This document shows, piece after piece, positions 53,832 through 64,000 of a DNA stretch of 64,000 nt. Position numbers and translations under genes: made by a program. Each line of letters opens with the position of its first letter. Position 1 is the first letter of the stretch. Source of the DNA: Candidatus Palauibacter polyketidifaciens (GTDB lineage: Bacteria; Gemmatimonadota; Gemmatimonadetes; Palauibacterales; Palauibacteraceae); contig NZ_CANPVO010000011.1 of NCBI RefSeq assembly GCF_947581785.1, positions 1,850-65,849 on the forward strand. Reading direction: 5' to 3'. The notes beneath the pieces were generated by a model. It was not told the origin of the DNA. It saw nothing but the letters and a program-made list of their open reading frames with translations, and made no database searches.

Positions 53832-56078
53832 ATGTCGACGCGTTCCCGCCGTTCCGGCCCGAAGGCCGGACTCTTCCTTCCGCTGGTCATGTTCGCGGGT
53901 GCGCTGCTTGGGGCATGTGGAGACGGCGCCGCTCCGCCCGACTACACCGCCGAGGAACTCGAAGCAGCGAAGGCCGCACTCCGGGACCACACCAGATTGC
54001 GCACCTTCGCGGCCGGAAAGCCGTTCGGAGAGCAGTGGGTTGCGCGCGCTCCGGACGACGCGGAACTCCGGGCCCTCTACGCGGAGCAGCTCGCGGGTTG
54101 GCGGCTGTCGAAGGAGCTGGAGGGGCAAGCGGACGTGCTCCTCTCCGATGACCCCGACAACCCCTGGGGTTCATACATCCGGGCGTTGGGGCACCTCGCA
54201 GCGTACGAATCCGATCTCGCGCTCGAGCCCGGCCGCCGGGCCTGGGAGGCCCTTCCGCGCCCCGAGGTTGCCGCCGCGTACGCGCGTGCCATGCGGACTG
54301 ACGACTTCGATGCGGCCCTCGAGTTCATCGGGACTCTGGATCCGGAGATCGGGGGATCGGCCGAAGTGCTCGCGGCACGGGCCGAACTGGAGAATCTGGC
54401 GCGGTACGAGCGTGAAGATCCCACGTGGGCGGACTCGAGTCTCGCCACGTACGCCGAACTGCGGGAACGGTGGCCAGACCATGTCGACGGCTATCTCAAG
54501 GCGGCCGAGGCTCTCTTCCGGGCCAATCGACCCGAGGAAGCTCTGCCGCTGATCGAGCAAGCGGTCGCCCTCGCACCCGGCTCCGTGGACGTCCGGCAGT
54601 GGCACTGGTGGATTCTGTTCGAGTCGGATGCGCTACCCACCGACGAGCGCCGCCCGGCGGTGGAAGCCAGCATCGCGGAGTTTCGCGACGCGGCGCCCGA
54701 GTCGCTTCGCAGTCTCTCCGTGATGGCAAGCATGTACCGCGATCTGGAAGACGATGATCGCGCAGAAGAACTGGAGGCAATGGTCGTCGAGCGGGAGCCG
54801 GAGAGCCGCCACGCCCTGTTGGTCTACGTCGGAAGGCAGCGCGCCGCAGAGGAGGAGCGGCGCCGGATCCTCGAAGAGCATGGCCAGGAGTCGCCCGAAT
54901 ACCAGGCTCAACTCGCGGGCGTGCGCGATGCAGTCCACGAATTCCTCGATCGTCCCCACTACAACGACAGGTACACCGGCGGCGCATACATCGATCTCTT
55001 CAACGCCCTGCGGCAGATGGACCCCGTACCGGCGGAAGAGTTGGCCGACGCGGTGCGCGGCCTCGCCGCGAACGCGAGGGGCACGCCCCCCTGGATCACC
55101 TATCTGCAGGCACCGCGAGCGATGGTCGAACATACACCCTACGCGCTCGAGGCGGTCGAGATTGCCCGCGAAGGGTTCCAGGCTATGATCGATTACTACC
55201 GGGAAACGCGGAGTTTCTTCGATACGGAGGGGGAGTTCGACCAAGCTATCCGTGCCGCTCTCAGCGAGGGTCATGACGTGATGGGTTGGGGCCTCGCCAA
55301 GGGCGGACGAAGTGAAGATGCGCGTCACACGCTCGAACGTGCGCTCGTCCTCTGGGGAGAGAATCCTTTGGCCCGTTACCACATTGGACAACTGTATGAG
55401 GAGCGGGCCGCCGAAGCGGCCGAGCGACAGGACGAGGAAGAAGCGGCGCGCTGGCTGGATCAGGCCGAGGATTCCTACATCGCGGGCTTCGGTGCCAGCC
55501 GGCGCGAAAACCCGAACGAGGCGGCGCTCGAAGCGCTCTATGAGAGCCGCAACGGGAGCCGCGAGGGGATCGAGGAGTACCTCGCGACGCTCGATGAGCG
55601 GGACCGGATCCGGCGGCACGAGCGGATCATGGAGTCACGGGTGGAGGCGGCGGGGACGTACGAACCGTTCACGCTCGCTCGACTCGACGGCGAGATGGTC
55701 GACTCCGCGGACCTCGACGGGAAGATCGCCGTGCTGCACTTCTGGGGGACGTGGTGCGGACCGTGCGTCGTCGAGATGCCGGAATACCAGAAGTTCGACG
55801 AACGCTACCGCGACGACGCCGAGGTCGCGGTCCTATCGATCAGCAACGACCGCACGACCGAGGTGATCGAAGACTACCTGGCGAAGAACGACTTCGACTT
55901 CACCGTGCTCGTCGACGACGACTACGTGACGCGCGCGGGCGTGAGCGCCTGGCCGACCACCTGGTTTGTCGACCGGGAGGGCTACGTACAGTTCGTGAAG
56001 ATCGGCACCGCGCTGAAACTGGACGAAGAGTTCTCCTGGCGCGTCGAGGCCCTGCGCGAAGCCGACGGCACGCGCTGA
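53832..56078 (+). CDS. Lipoprotein with a long TPR-like helical domain and a C-terminal TlpA/ResA-like thioredoxin domain
   Basis: Lipobox LLGACGDG. About 550 aa of helical TPR-like repeats. The C-terminal VLHFWGTWCGPCVVEMP carries a WCxxC thioredoxin motif. Confidence 0.8.
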   Translation: MSTRSRRSGPKAGLFLPLVMFAGALLGACGDGAAPPDYTAEELEAAKAALRDHTRLRTFAAGKPFGEQWVARAPDDAELRALYAEQLAGWRLSKELEGQADVLLSDDPDNPWGSYIRALGHLAAYESDLALEPGRRAWEALPRPEVAAAYARAMRTDDFDAALEFIGTLDPEIGGSAEVLAARAELENLARYEREDPTWADSSLATYAELRERWPDHVDGYLKAAEALFRANRPEEALPLIEQAVALAPGSVDVRQWHWWILFESDALPTDERRPAVEASIAEFRDAAPESLRSLSVMASMYRDLEDDDRAEELEAMVVEREPESRHALLVYVGRQRAAEEERRRILEEHGQESPEYQAQLAGVRDAVHEFLDRPHYNDRYTGGAYIDLFNALRQMDPVPAEELADAVRGLAANARGTPPWITYLQAPRAMVEHTPYALEAVEIAREGFQAMIDYYRETRSFFDTEGEFDQAIRAALSEGHDVMGWGLAKGGRSEDARHTLERALVLWGENPLARYHIGQLYEERAAEAAERQDEEEAARWLDQAEDSYIAGFGASRRENPNEAALEALYESRNGSREGIEEYLATLDERDRIRRHERIMESRVEAAGTYEPFTLARLDGEMVDSADLDGKIAVLHFWGTWCGPCVVEMPEYQKFDERYRDDAEVAVLSISNDRTTEVIEDYLAKNDFDFTVLVDDDYVTRAGVSAWPTTWFVDREGYVQFVKIGTALKLDEEFSWRVEALREADGTR

Positions 56079-56100
56079 CGTCGCCGGCGGCGATGGTCCC

Positions 56101-57732
56101 TTACCAGCGGAAGGCGGTTCGGGCGGCCTCCGCGGCCAGCAGCGTCCGTAGGTGCCGGGCTGTGTCGAGGGGCAGGTAGGGGATTTCGACCTTGTGGGAG
56201 GCGGCCCCTGCTCCGGCCGTGTCCACGCGGAGGCTGGCCATACCCCGCCAGCGGTCGATCGGGGACGCGCGCAGCGCCACGACCTGGATGCGGGTGTAGC
56301 GGGCGATGGTCGTGCGACGCCACAGCCAGCCGCTTCGGAACCAGACCATGTCGTCCTTTAGCGCCCACCCGAGGCAGGCGACGTAGCGCCGCGCGTAGAA
56401 CACGGCCCAGGCCAGAAAGACGGCGTGGAAGGCAACACCCCAGGCGCCGAGGGTGAAGTAGATCGGAACGGACGCTAGCGTGGCGAGGAAGCACGTTCCC
56501 CTCACGACGCGCCTGAACGCGAGCGGGGACACGGGCTCCCAGTTGACCTCGGGGGCGTCCAGCTCCGGGATCACCTCCCGGAGGAACTCGCGCAGGCGTT
56601 CCCGCCGAAGGATCGGCGCGAGTTGGTGCCGGTGCGGATCCGCGTTCCCCTGCGGCCCGGCCTGGCTTCCTCCGGCGGTCTGGACGCCCACGGCGACGCG
56701 GCCCGCCCAGCGCTGCAGCGGCCCCTCGTGGATCGTCACCGTCTGAACGCGCCGCAGCGGGATCGTGGCGGCGACCTGCGTCAGCATCCCGAACGTGGCG
56801 CGCAGCCCCTCCTCGGACCGCACGACCCGGTAGTTGTGGAGGCGGACGAGCGTCCAGGCGACGGAAAGCAGTCGAGCGAAGATCACGAAGGCGACGACCA
56901 GCACCGAAATGGCGGCCACGGTCGCCACGATGCCGGCCGCCACCACGTCCGCCGCCGCGCCCTCGACCGCCGGGCCGATCCACGACTGCTCCCCGGCGAC
57001 CCAATCGGAGGCCCGTTCGACGAACCCCAGTTCCCACGCGAGGCCGAAGGCGGCCGCGATCAACACCATGCCGCGGTTCTGGAGCAGGCCGTGGAGCAGG
57101 AGTTCGCGCCCGGGAAGATGCAGCAGCGTGCGGCCCTCCGAGGAATCGGCCGAGGCAAGATCCGCCGCCGCTGGCTCGGTGGGTATGCCGGTCGCCGCCT
57201 CCCCGGCACTCGTCGCCACCACGGCGGGAGTCGCCGCGTCCCCCGCAGCCGCCGTCTCGCCGGCGGCCTCCCGCTTTCCCTCGCGCACTCGCGCCCGCAG
57301 CGCTTCGAGGGCCGGCAGGGGGAGGACGGTCAGCGTCGCCTCGGGTTCCTGTCCCCCGCCCGTCTGGAGCTTGACCTCCACGACACCCAGCACGCGGTGG
57401 AACACGCCTTGTACGGCGTCGAGGTTCTGGATCCGCGCGTAGGGGACGTGCCGCTCGCGCCGAAACAGGAGACCGCTCCGGATCACGAGTTCCGCCTCCT
57501 CGTACCAGTACCGGAACGTCAGGTAGCGGACCACGGCACCCACCACGAAGGGGATGAGTCCGATGAGAAGGACAGAACGCATCTCCACGACGCCCAGGAA
57601 GTTGGCCGAGGCGCCTCCGATGATCAGGGGCAGGATCGCCCGCCGGAGTTGACTTGCGAGCGAGAAGCCGACGGAGAGCGGGTGCAGCCGGTGCTCGATG
57701 GCCCCGGCGGGCGCCGCCGCCTCAGACGGCAT
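56101..57732 (-). CDS. YdbT-like membrane protein with three bacterial PH (bPH_2/DUF304) domains
   Basis: Three repeats of TM-hairpin plus PH-like modules. Start-stop overlap with the ydbS-like gene. Confidence 0.65.
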   Translation of the reverse strand: MPSEAAAPAGAIEHRLHPLSVGFSLASQLRRAILPLIIGGASANFLGVVEMRSVLLIGLIPFVVGAVVRYLTFRYWYEEAELVIRSGLLFRRERHVPYARIQNLDAVQGVFHRVLGVVEVKLQTGGGQEPEATLTVLPLPALEALRARVREGKREAAGETAAAGDAATPAVVATSAGEAATGIPTEPAAADLASADSSEGRTLLHLPGRELLLHGLLQNRGMVLIAAAFGLAWELGFVERASDWVAGEQSWIGPAVEGAAADVVAAGIVATVAAISVLVVAFVIFARLLSVAWTLVRLHNYRVVRSEEGLRATFGMLTQVAATIPLRRVQTVTIHEGPLQRWAGRVAVGVQTAGGSQAGPQGNADPHRHQLAPILRRERLREFLREVIPELDAPEVNWEPVSPLAFRRVVRGTCFLATLASVPIYFTLGAWGVAFHAVFLAWAVFYARRYVACLGWALKDDMVWFRSGWLWRRTTIARYTRIQVVALRASPIDRWRGMASLRVDTAGAGAASHKVEIPYLPLDTARHLRTLLAAEAARTAFRW

Positions 57733-58312
57733 CGTCCCCCGCGGGCGGCAGGAGATGATCCCGGATGCGGAGCGCGGTTTCGTGCTCCAGGCCGTCGAGG
57801 GAGACCTTGGCGTGGTCGGTGCCCGCAGTGTAGATGCCCAGCGTCCCGAGGCCGTACTTCCGCTCGAGCGGCCCCTGCGACACGTCGGTGTGCTGGACGC
57901 GGGAGCGCGCCACGCTGATCGCCTGCCGCCAGATCACGCCCTTGCGGATCTCGATCCCGTCCGGGTGCACGGCGTAGGACGCGTGGCGGTGGTGAAGGAC
58001 GGGCCACCGGTACAGCCACCAGCCGAGCCCGCCCGTGACAACGGCCCAGACGCTCACGAGCCCCGCCACGACGCCGGGTGGCGGCCCGGCCGCGGCCCAC
58101 AGCAGGCCGACCGCGATGCCGAGCGGGAGCGAGACGCACGCCGTGACGATGCCGCCGATCGTGCGCTGCAGCGGGATCACCTTCGGATTGAGTGAACGGC
58201 GCACCCCGTCGGCAATGCCGCCGGCCGCCGTCTCCGCGGAGCCCGCCGTATCGGTCGTCGCCGCCGTTTCCGGCGTTGCCGGCGTCTCGATGCTGTGCGT
58301 CGACTCGTTCAT
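57722..58312 (-). CDS. YdbS-like membrane protein with a single bPH_2 domain
   Basis: Two TM segments followed by a PH-like module (YAVHPDGIEIRKGVIWRQAISVARSRVQHTDVSQGPLERKYGLGTLGIYTAG). Confidence 0.65.
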   Translation of the reverse strand: MNESTHSIETPATPETAATTDTAGSAETAAGGIADGVRRSLNPKVIPLQRTIGGIVTACVSLPLGIAVGLLWAAAGPPPGVVAGLVSVWAVVTGGLGWWLYRWPVLHHRHASYAVHPDGIEIRKGVIWRQAISVARSRVQHTDVSQGPLERKYGLGTLGIYTAGTDHAKVSLDGLEHETALRIRDHLLPPAGDDAV

Positions 58313-58396
58313 GTGGACAAGTTACGCTGATCGAACGGTTTTCGTGTCGGCGCTCCGGACCGGCGGGAACCGGCCGGTGATCCGAGGGAGGCAGCC

Positions 58397-58747
58397 GTGA
58401 GTGCCGCGGAGTCACGCAGCGACGAAGAACTGCTCGCCGAGTGCACCGTCGAGACGTTCCGGGCCGGAGGTCCGGGCGGCCAGCACCAGAACAAGACGGA
58501 GTCGGCCGTCCGGCTCACGCACCGTCCCACCGGCATCGTCGTGACCGCGCGCGAGTCCCGCAGCCAGCACCGCAACCGGGCCCGTGCCCTGGAGCGGCTC
58601 CGCGCCGCCCTGCGCGAACGCGAGCACACGCCGCAACCCCGCCGCCCGACGAAGCCCACCCGAGCCTCCCGCGAGGAGCGGCTGGAAAAGAAACGGCGCC
58701 GCTCCCTCACGAAGAGGCAGCGGCGCCGTCCCGAGTCCGACGAGTAG
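58397..58747 (+). CDS. arfB: Alternative ribosome-rescue factor ArfB (peptidyl-tRNA hydrolase, GGQ domain)
   Basis: [18 protein letters not shown] carries the GGQ motif. A basic C-terminal tail is present ([14 protein letters not shown]). Confidence 0.85.
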   Translation: MSAAESRSDEELLAECTVETFRAGGPGGQHQNKTESAVRLTHRPTGIVVTARESRSQHRNRARALERLRAALREREHTPQPRRPTKPTRASREERLEKKRRRSLTKRQRRRPESDE

Positions 58748-58776
58748 CCACCGCGGGTTGAACGCCCCCGGTCGCG

Positions 58777-60137
58777 TCAGGTCGTCGTCGTCGTCACCCG
58801 CCGCGCCGGCCGGTTCCTGTATTCCTCCCACAGGCTGTCGTGCTTGTTGTCCAGGTCGGACGGCACGCCCTTGATGAACACCCACTCGATCCGGGTCGTG
58901 ATCTCGAGCGGATCGCCGTCGGTCACGATCAGGTTCCCCACCTTCCCGATCTCCAGCGACCCCAGCCGGTCGTCCACGCCGAGCACGCGCGCCGGGGCCA
59001 GCGTCACCGCCTCCAGCGCCGCCTCCTTCGAGAGCCCCCACGACACGGAGTTCGCGGCCTCGTAGGGCAGTGTCCGCGCGTCGGACGAGTTGAAGGTCGC
59101 GAACGCGATCTCGACTCCCGCGTCGTGCAACACGCCGGGGAGCGTGTTCGGATCGTCGTACGCGGTGTCCTCGCCCTGCGGCAGCCGCTGCACCGGCCCC
59201 AGGATCACGGGGATGTTCTTCTCGGCCAGCGTGCCGGCGATCTCGCGCGCGCCGTTTCCGCCCGCGATGACGAGGTCCAGGTTCCATTTCTCCGCGAACT
59301 CGATGGCCGACTCGATTTCGCGCCATCCGTTCGCGCGCACGATGACCTTCATCCCCCGGTCGAGGACGCGCGACAGGTGCTCGAGCTGGATGTTGCGGGG
59401 CACGCGGCTCGATCCGGACGCCACCGCCTGCCGGTAGTGCTCCGCGGCGACGAACCACGAATCCATCTCCGCCACTTCCTCGTCAAAGCGCTCCTGCGCC
59501 CGCCGGAAGGAACGACCCCCTGCCGGGCGGCCGAAGCCGGCGAAGGCGCGGAACCCCGTCGACAGCGTGGGCCAGCCGATGATCATGGCCGCGGTCTTCT
59601 CGATCTCCATCTCCTCCACCGTCCAGCCGTCGAGGTGGACGAGCGTGGCCTGGCCCTGAATGCCGGAGCCTCCGCCGCCGAAGCCGCGCCCTCCCCCGCC
59701 GGGCGCGACCATCGAGTGCGTGATCCCGTTCGCGCGCGCGACCGGGATGTGCTCGCTGGCGGGGTGGATCGCCGTATGCGCGTTGAGATGCGGGTTCCAG
59801 CGCCCCAGCTCGCCCGAGTCGTTCGTCACCGCGACGGCCCCGACTTCCGTGAGCCCGAGCGAGCTGAACGAATCGATCATGCCGGGAAAGACGTGCTTCC
59901 CTTCCCCGTCGATGATCTCGGCGTCCGCCGGGATATCCACATCGCTTCCGACCGCGATGATGCGGCCGTCCCGGATCACGATCGTCCCGCCCTCGATCAC
60001 TCCGTCGGCCACCGTGTGAATCGTGGCCCCCTGCACCGCGAACGTGCCGCCGTCCTGCGCGGCGGCCTCAGCCGGCAGGGCGAGTCCGACGGCCCCAAGG
60101 ACGGCCGCCGCCGCGACGATCGACTTCACCATGCGTG

Positions 60138-60141
<4 letters not shown>
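58777..60141 (-). CDS. Periplasmic amidohydrolase family protein (1 of 3 tandem)
   Basis: Signal peptide present. GMIDSFSSLGL and HxH-type metal-ligand regions are present. Length about 454 aa. Confidence 0.75.
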
Positions 60142-61558
<1,417 letters not shown>

Positions 61559-61562
<4 letters not shown>

Positions 61563-63271
61563 CGGACACCTCCTCCGGGCCTCGTGCCCGTGAAGTCCAT
61601 GTTGCGCATGCCACCGAAGGAAGCGTTCCCCTCGATCGAATCGCCCTCGACCGTGCCGGTGTAGACGATCTCCACGTCCATGCCCGGCCCCATCGTGGCG
61701 GAGACCGTGATGCTGAACTCGTTGCCGCTCACCCAGCCGTCGGTGATCTGCTGCTCGCCGCGCTCGCCCTGGATGACGCCGGAAATCGTGCCGTCCTCCG
61801 AAACCTCGAGTTCGGCCGTCGCCTCCTGCGAGTCGTTGTTCAGAGAGAGGAGCCAGGTGCCGTTCATGTCGACCGCCGGGGGCTCCGTCGGCCGCGGCTC
61901 GGGCGCTTCCTCCTCGAACCTGTGACCGTCGACGAACACCATCCGGACGTCGGTGTCCTCATCGAACAACGGGCCGTCGGTCACGACGAGGTTCGCGATC
62001 TTGCCCGCCTCGACGGAGCCGAGCATCGCGTCCACGCCGTAGATGCGGGCGGGCGCGGCGGTGAGCGCCTCCAGCGCCGCCTCCTCGGAGAGCCCGTTGT
62101 CGATCGCCGTCCGCACCTTTTCCATCATCGCGCGGGGGCTCCCGGCCGAACCGCTGTAGAAGGCCCATTCGACGCCCGCCTCCTCGAGCCGGGCCGGCGT
62201 CGTCGGCGCATAGGCGCGGCGCTTCAGCGACGAGAGCGACTCCTCGGCTTCCGGATCCGCATCGCGGTTCCGCTCGGGCCAGTCGGCGTTCACGAGCACC
62301 TGGACCCCGGCCGACGCGATCTCGTCGGCGAGTCCGTACGCCTCGTGCGCGCCCTGGAGGACCGGCCGCGCGCCCGTGTCGCGCCCGAGCTTGATCGCGC
62401 GCCGGATCTGCCGCACCTCGTTCGCCGGCATCACGGTCGGCCACCCTGCGGCGATCGCGTCCTGGATCGGACCGAGCGCCCGGTCGTAGGTGGGCCGCGG
62501 CTGGCCGCTCGGGTCGGCCGTGTAGCGCGCTTCGTATTGCCCGCTGTGATCCGCGTCCAGATACAATTGTCGGATGTAGGCGATGACGCCCATGAGCGAG
62601 CCCGGGAAGCTCCGGAACCCGCCGGCTCCGCTCATCGTCACGCGGAGGGCGGCGGGCGCCTTCACGACCATCTCCTGCTCGTCGCCGGCGAGGTTCACTA
62701 CCACGCCCTGCCCCGTCACGATCCCGTCATCGGGAGCCACGAGCGCGTTCGTAAACCCGCCGCTCCGCCACGTCTCGATCTCATCGGAGTCCGGGTCAAG
62801 CATGTCGGCCGCGTTCACCCAGGAGTTCGTCGCCGGACGGTCCTCGGGGCCCACGGTGCGGGGCCGGTTCGCCTGCTCGGCAAGCACGGCAAAGGGGTTG
62901 CCCCCGCCGCCGCCTCCCGGATTGCCGGCCTGCGCAGCCATCCCGATGCGGGACAGCCCGTCGAACAGGCCGGGGTAGACGGTCAGGCCGGAGACGTCGA
63001 TCAGCCAAGCGTCGCCGGGGACCTCGACATCGGCTCCGACCGCCTCGATGAGGCCGTTGGCGATGACGACGGTGCCGTTTTCGATGACGGCGCCCGTGCC
63101 GGTCACGATGCGCGCGTTCTGGAGGGCGAAGAACGGGGGCGGCACCGGGGCCTGGCTCGGCATGTACTGCGCGTCGGCGGGCGCCGGGGCGGCGAGGCCG
63201 GACAGCGAAGCGAGGAGCAGGCCCGGGACCCCCCCGCCCGCCAGCCGGCGCGCGAGTGCGGTTCGGTTCAT
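61559..63271 (-). CDS. Periplasmic amidohydrolase family protein (3 of 3 tandem) with an extra C-terminal beta-rich domain
   Basis: Start taken at MNRTALARRLAGG (signal peptide). An amidohydrolase core is present. The C-terminal roughly 120 aa (NGTWLLSLNNDSQEATAELEVSEDGTISG...) form an extra domain. Confidence 0.75.
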
Positions 63272-63526
63272 CAGAGGCACATCCTTCCCAGAGGGTCCAT
63301 CAGGGGTCCAACGCGGATCCATCAGGGGTCCATCGCGGTGGAAAGCCCCCCCACGTCCTTCATAACACGCCTGCGTGAATCTCCGTTCAGTCACCCACTC
63401 GGTCAACGCCCGCCCGGGTCCAGCGGGCGCTATCCTACGGTCAACCCGATCGCCGGAGCGAATTCAGGTTGCCCGGATGCGGCAATGCAGTCACCCTATA
63501 TCGCAAACACGATACAGGAGGCTCGG

Positions 63527-63697
63527 ATGGGCTTGAAGCGGCCGGCAGCCGGTAAGCGGGCGCGGCCACCGCGCCGCATGGACTTTAGCCGGGGTTTCCT
63601 CAAGGATTGGGAGCGTCTCTCGCGTTCCGGCCGATACGATATGCATCGGCTCAAGTCGGTCATGCCCGACCTCGTCGCCAACGAGGCCCCGCTCTGA
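63527..63697 (+). pseudogene. Truncated YafQ/RelE-family toxin remnant
   Basis: MDFSRGFLKDWERLSRSGRYDMHRLKSVMPDLVANEAPL* parallels the YafQ N-terminal half (IEYSGQFKKDFKRLKKRGKDLSKLKEVITLLAEGKPLP) but stops about 40 aa early. No adjacent antitoxin is recognisable. Confidence 0.3.
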
Positions 63698-64000
63698 GCA
63701 TTCCAAGACTGGCCGCCTGCGCCATCTTCGGCCTCGGCTCCCCGACTCGCCAAGCCCAAACCGATCCTGAACCCGAGAGGGGTGATTCCCTTCGTCGGTC
63801 ACCGAAGAACGATCCACGGACGCGCAGCCGCTACGCCGCCTTCGCGGCGCTTGTGGCCGTCGGATGTGGAAGCGACCCGGGTGTCGCGGGCGACCGTGTC
63901 ACAGCCGGACCCGCAGTCGCCATCGTCGATAGCGTGCTCCTCGACGAGAATGATCGGTTCTATCTTGGTAATCCCTTCAGTTTAGTCGTGGACACGGCCG

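Noticed and set aside
63700-64000. Possible 3'-truncated lipoprotein gene at the window end (...RYAAFAALVAVGCGSDPGV... frame)
   Set aside because: Lipobox-like stretch but no in-frame ATG/GTG/TTG start upstream and it runs off the window. Insufficient evidence to call.

Overview
This is a high-GC (~70%) chromosomal segment, probably from a Gemmatimonadota- or Acidobacteria-like organism. It is densely packed with about 55 genes on both strands. Most of the long overlapping six-frame ORFs are GC-skew artefacts and I rejected them; calls rest on conserved motifs I recognise in the translations. Central metabolism: a 5'-partial sodium:solute symporter, formate-THF ligase (fhs), a long-form glucose-6-phosphate isomerase, a 2-oxoacid:ferredoxin oxidoreductase korA/korB pair preceded by a GltD-like FAD/Fe-S oxidoreductase fused to a 2x[4Fe-4S] ferredoxin, a CitE/HpcH-like lyase with a zinc alcohol dehydrogenase, an aquaporin, and a proline-racemase-family enzyme with a Cys/Thr catalytic pair. 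Transport and envelope: a heavy-metal RND pump (CzcA plus adaptor), signal peptidase I, a TolB-like propeller, a BNR lipoprotein, a PQQ-dependent dehydrogenase, three tandem periplasmic amidohydrolases, a TPR-TlpA thioredoxin lipoprotein, a YdbS/YdbT pair, ArfB and RecQ. Findings worth a second look: (1) an ECF sigma factor translationally coupled to an anti-sigma-like domain fused to an intact O6-methylguanine-DNA methyltransferase; (2) an AhpD-family gene with an in-frame UGA in a C-x-x-U-x-x-x-H motif, i.e. a candidate selenoprotein split into two ORFs by the caller; (3) a near-consensus Fur box in front of a CbiX-like chelatase, HmuY-like haem-binding lipoprotein and TonB-dependent receptor operon; (4) two barrel-less paralogues that carry only a carboxypeptidase-regulatory-like domain plus a TonB-plug-like domain; (5) an NCS2-type permease with an unusual C-terminal cytoplasmic domain, start-stop coupled to a PLP decarboxylase; and (6) several repeat or remnant features: 39-bp coding tandem repeats, 17-bp promoter direct repeats, a lepB 3' fragment duplication and a YafQ-like toxin remnant. 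No rRNA, tRNA, CRISPR array or intact mobile element was seen.
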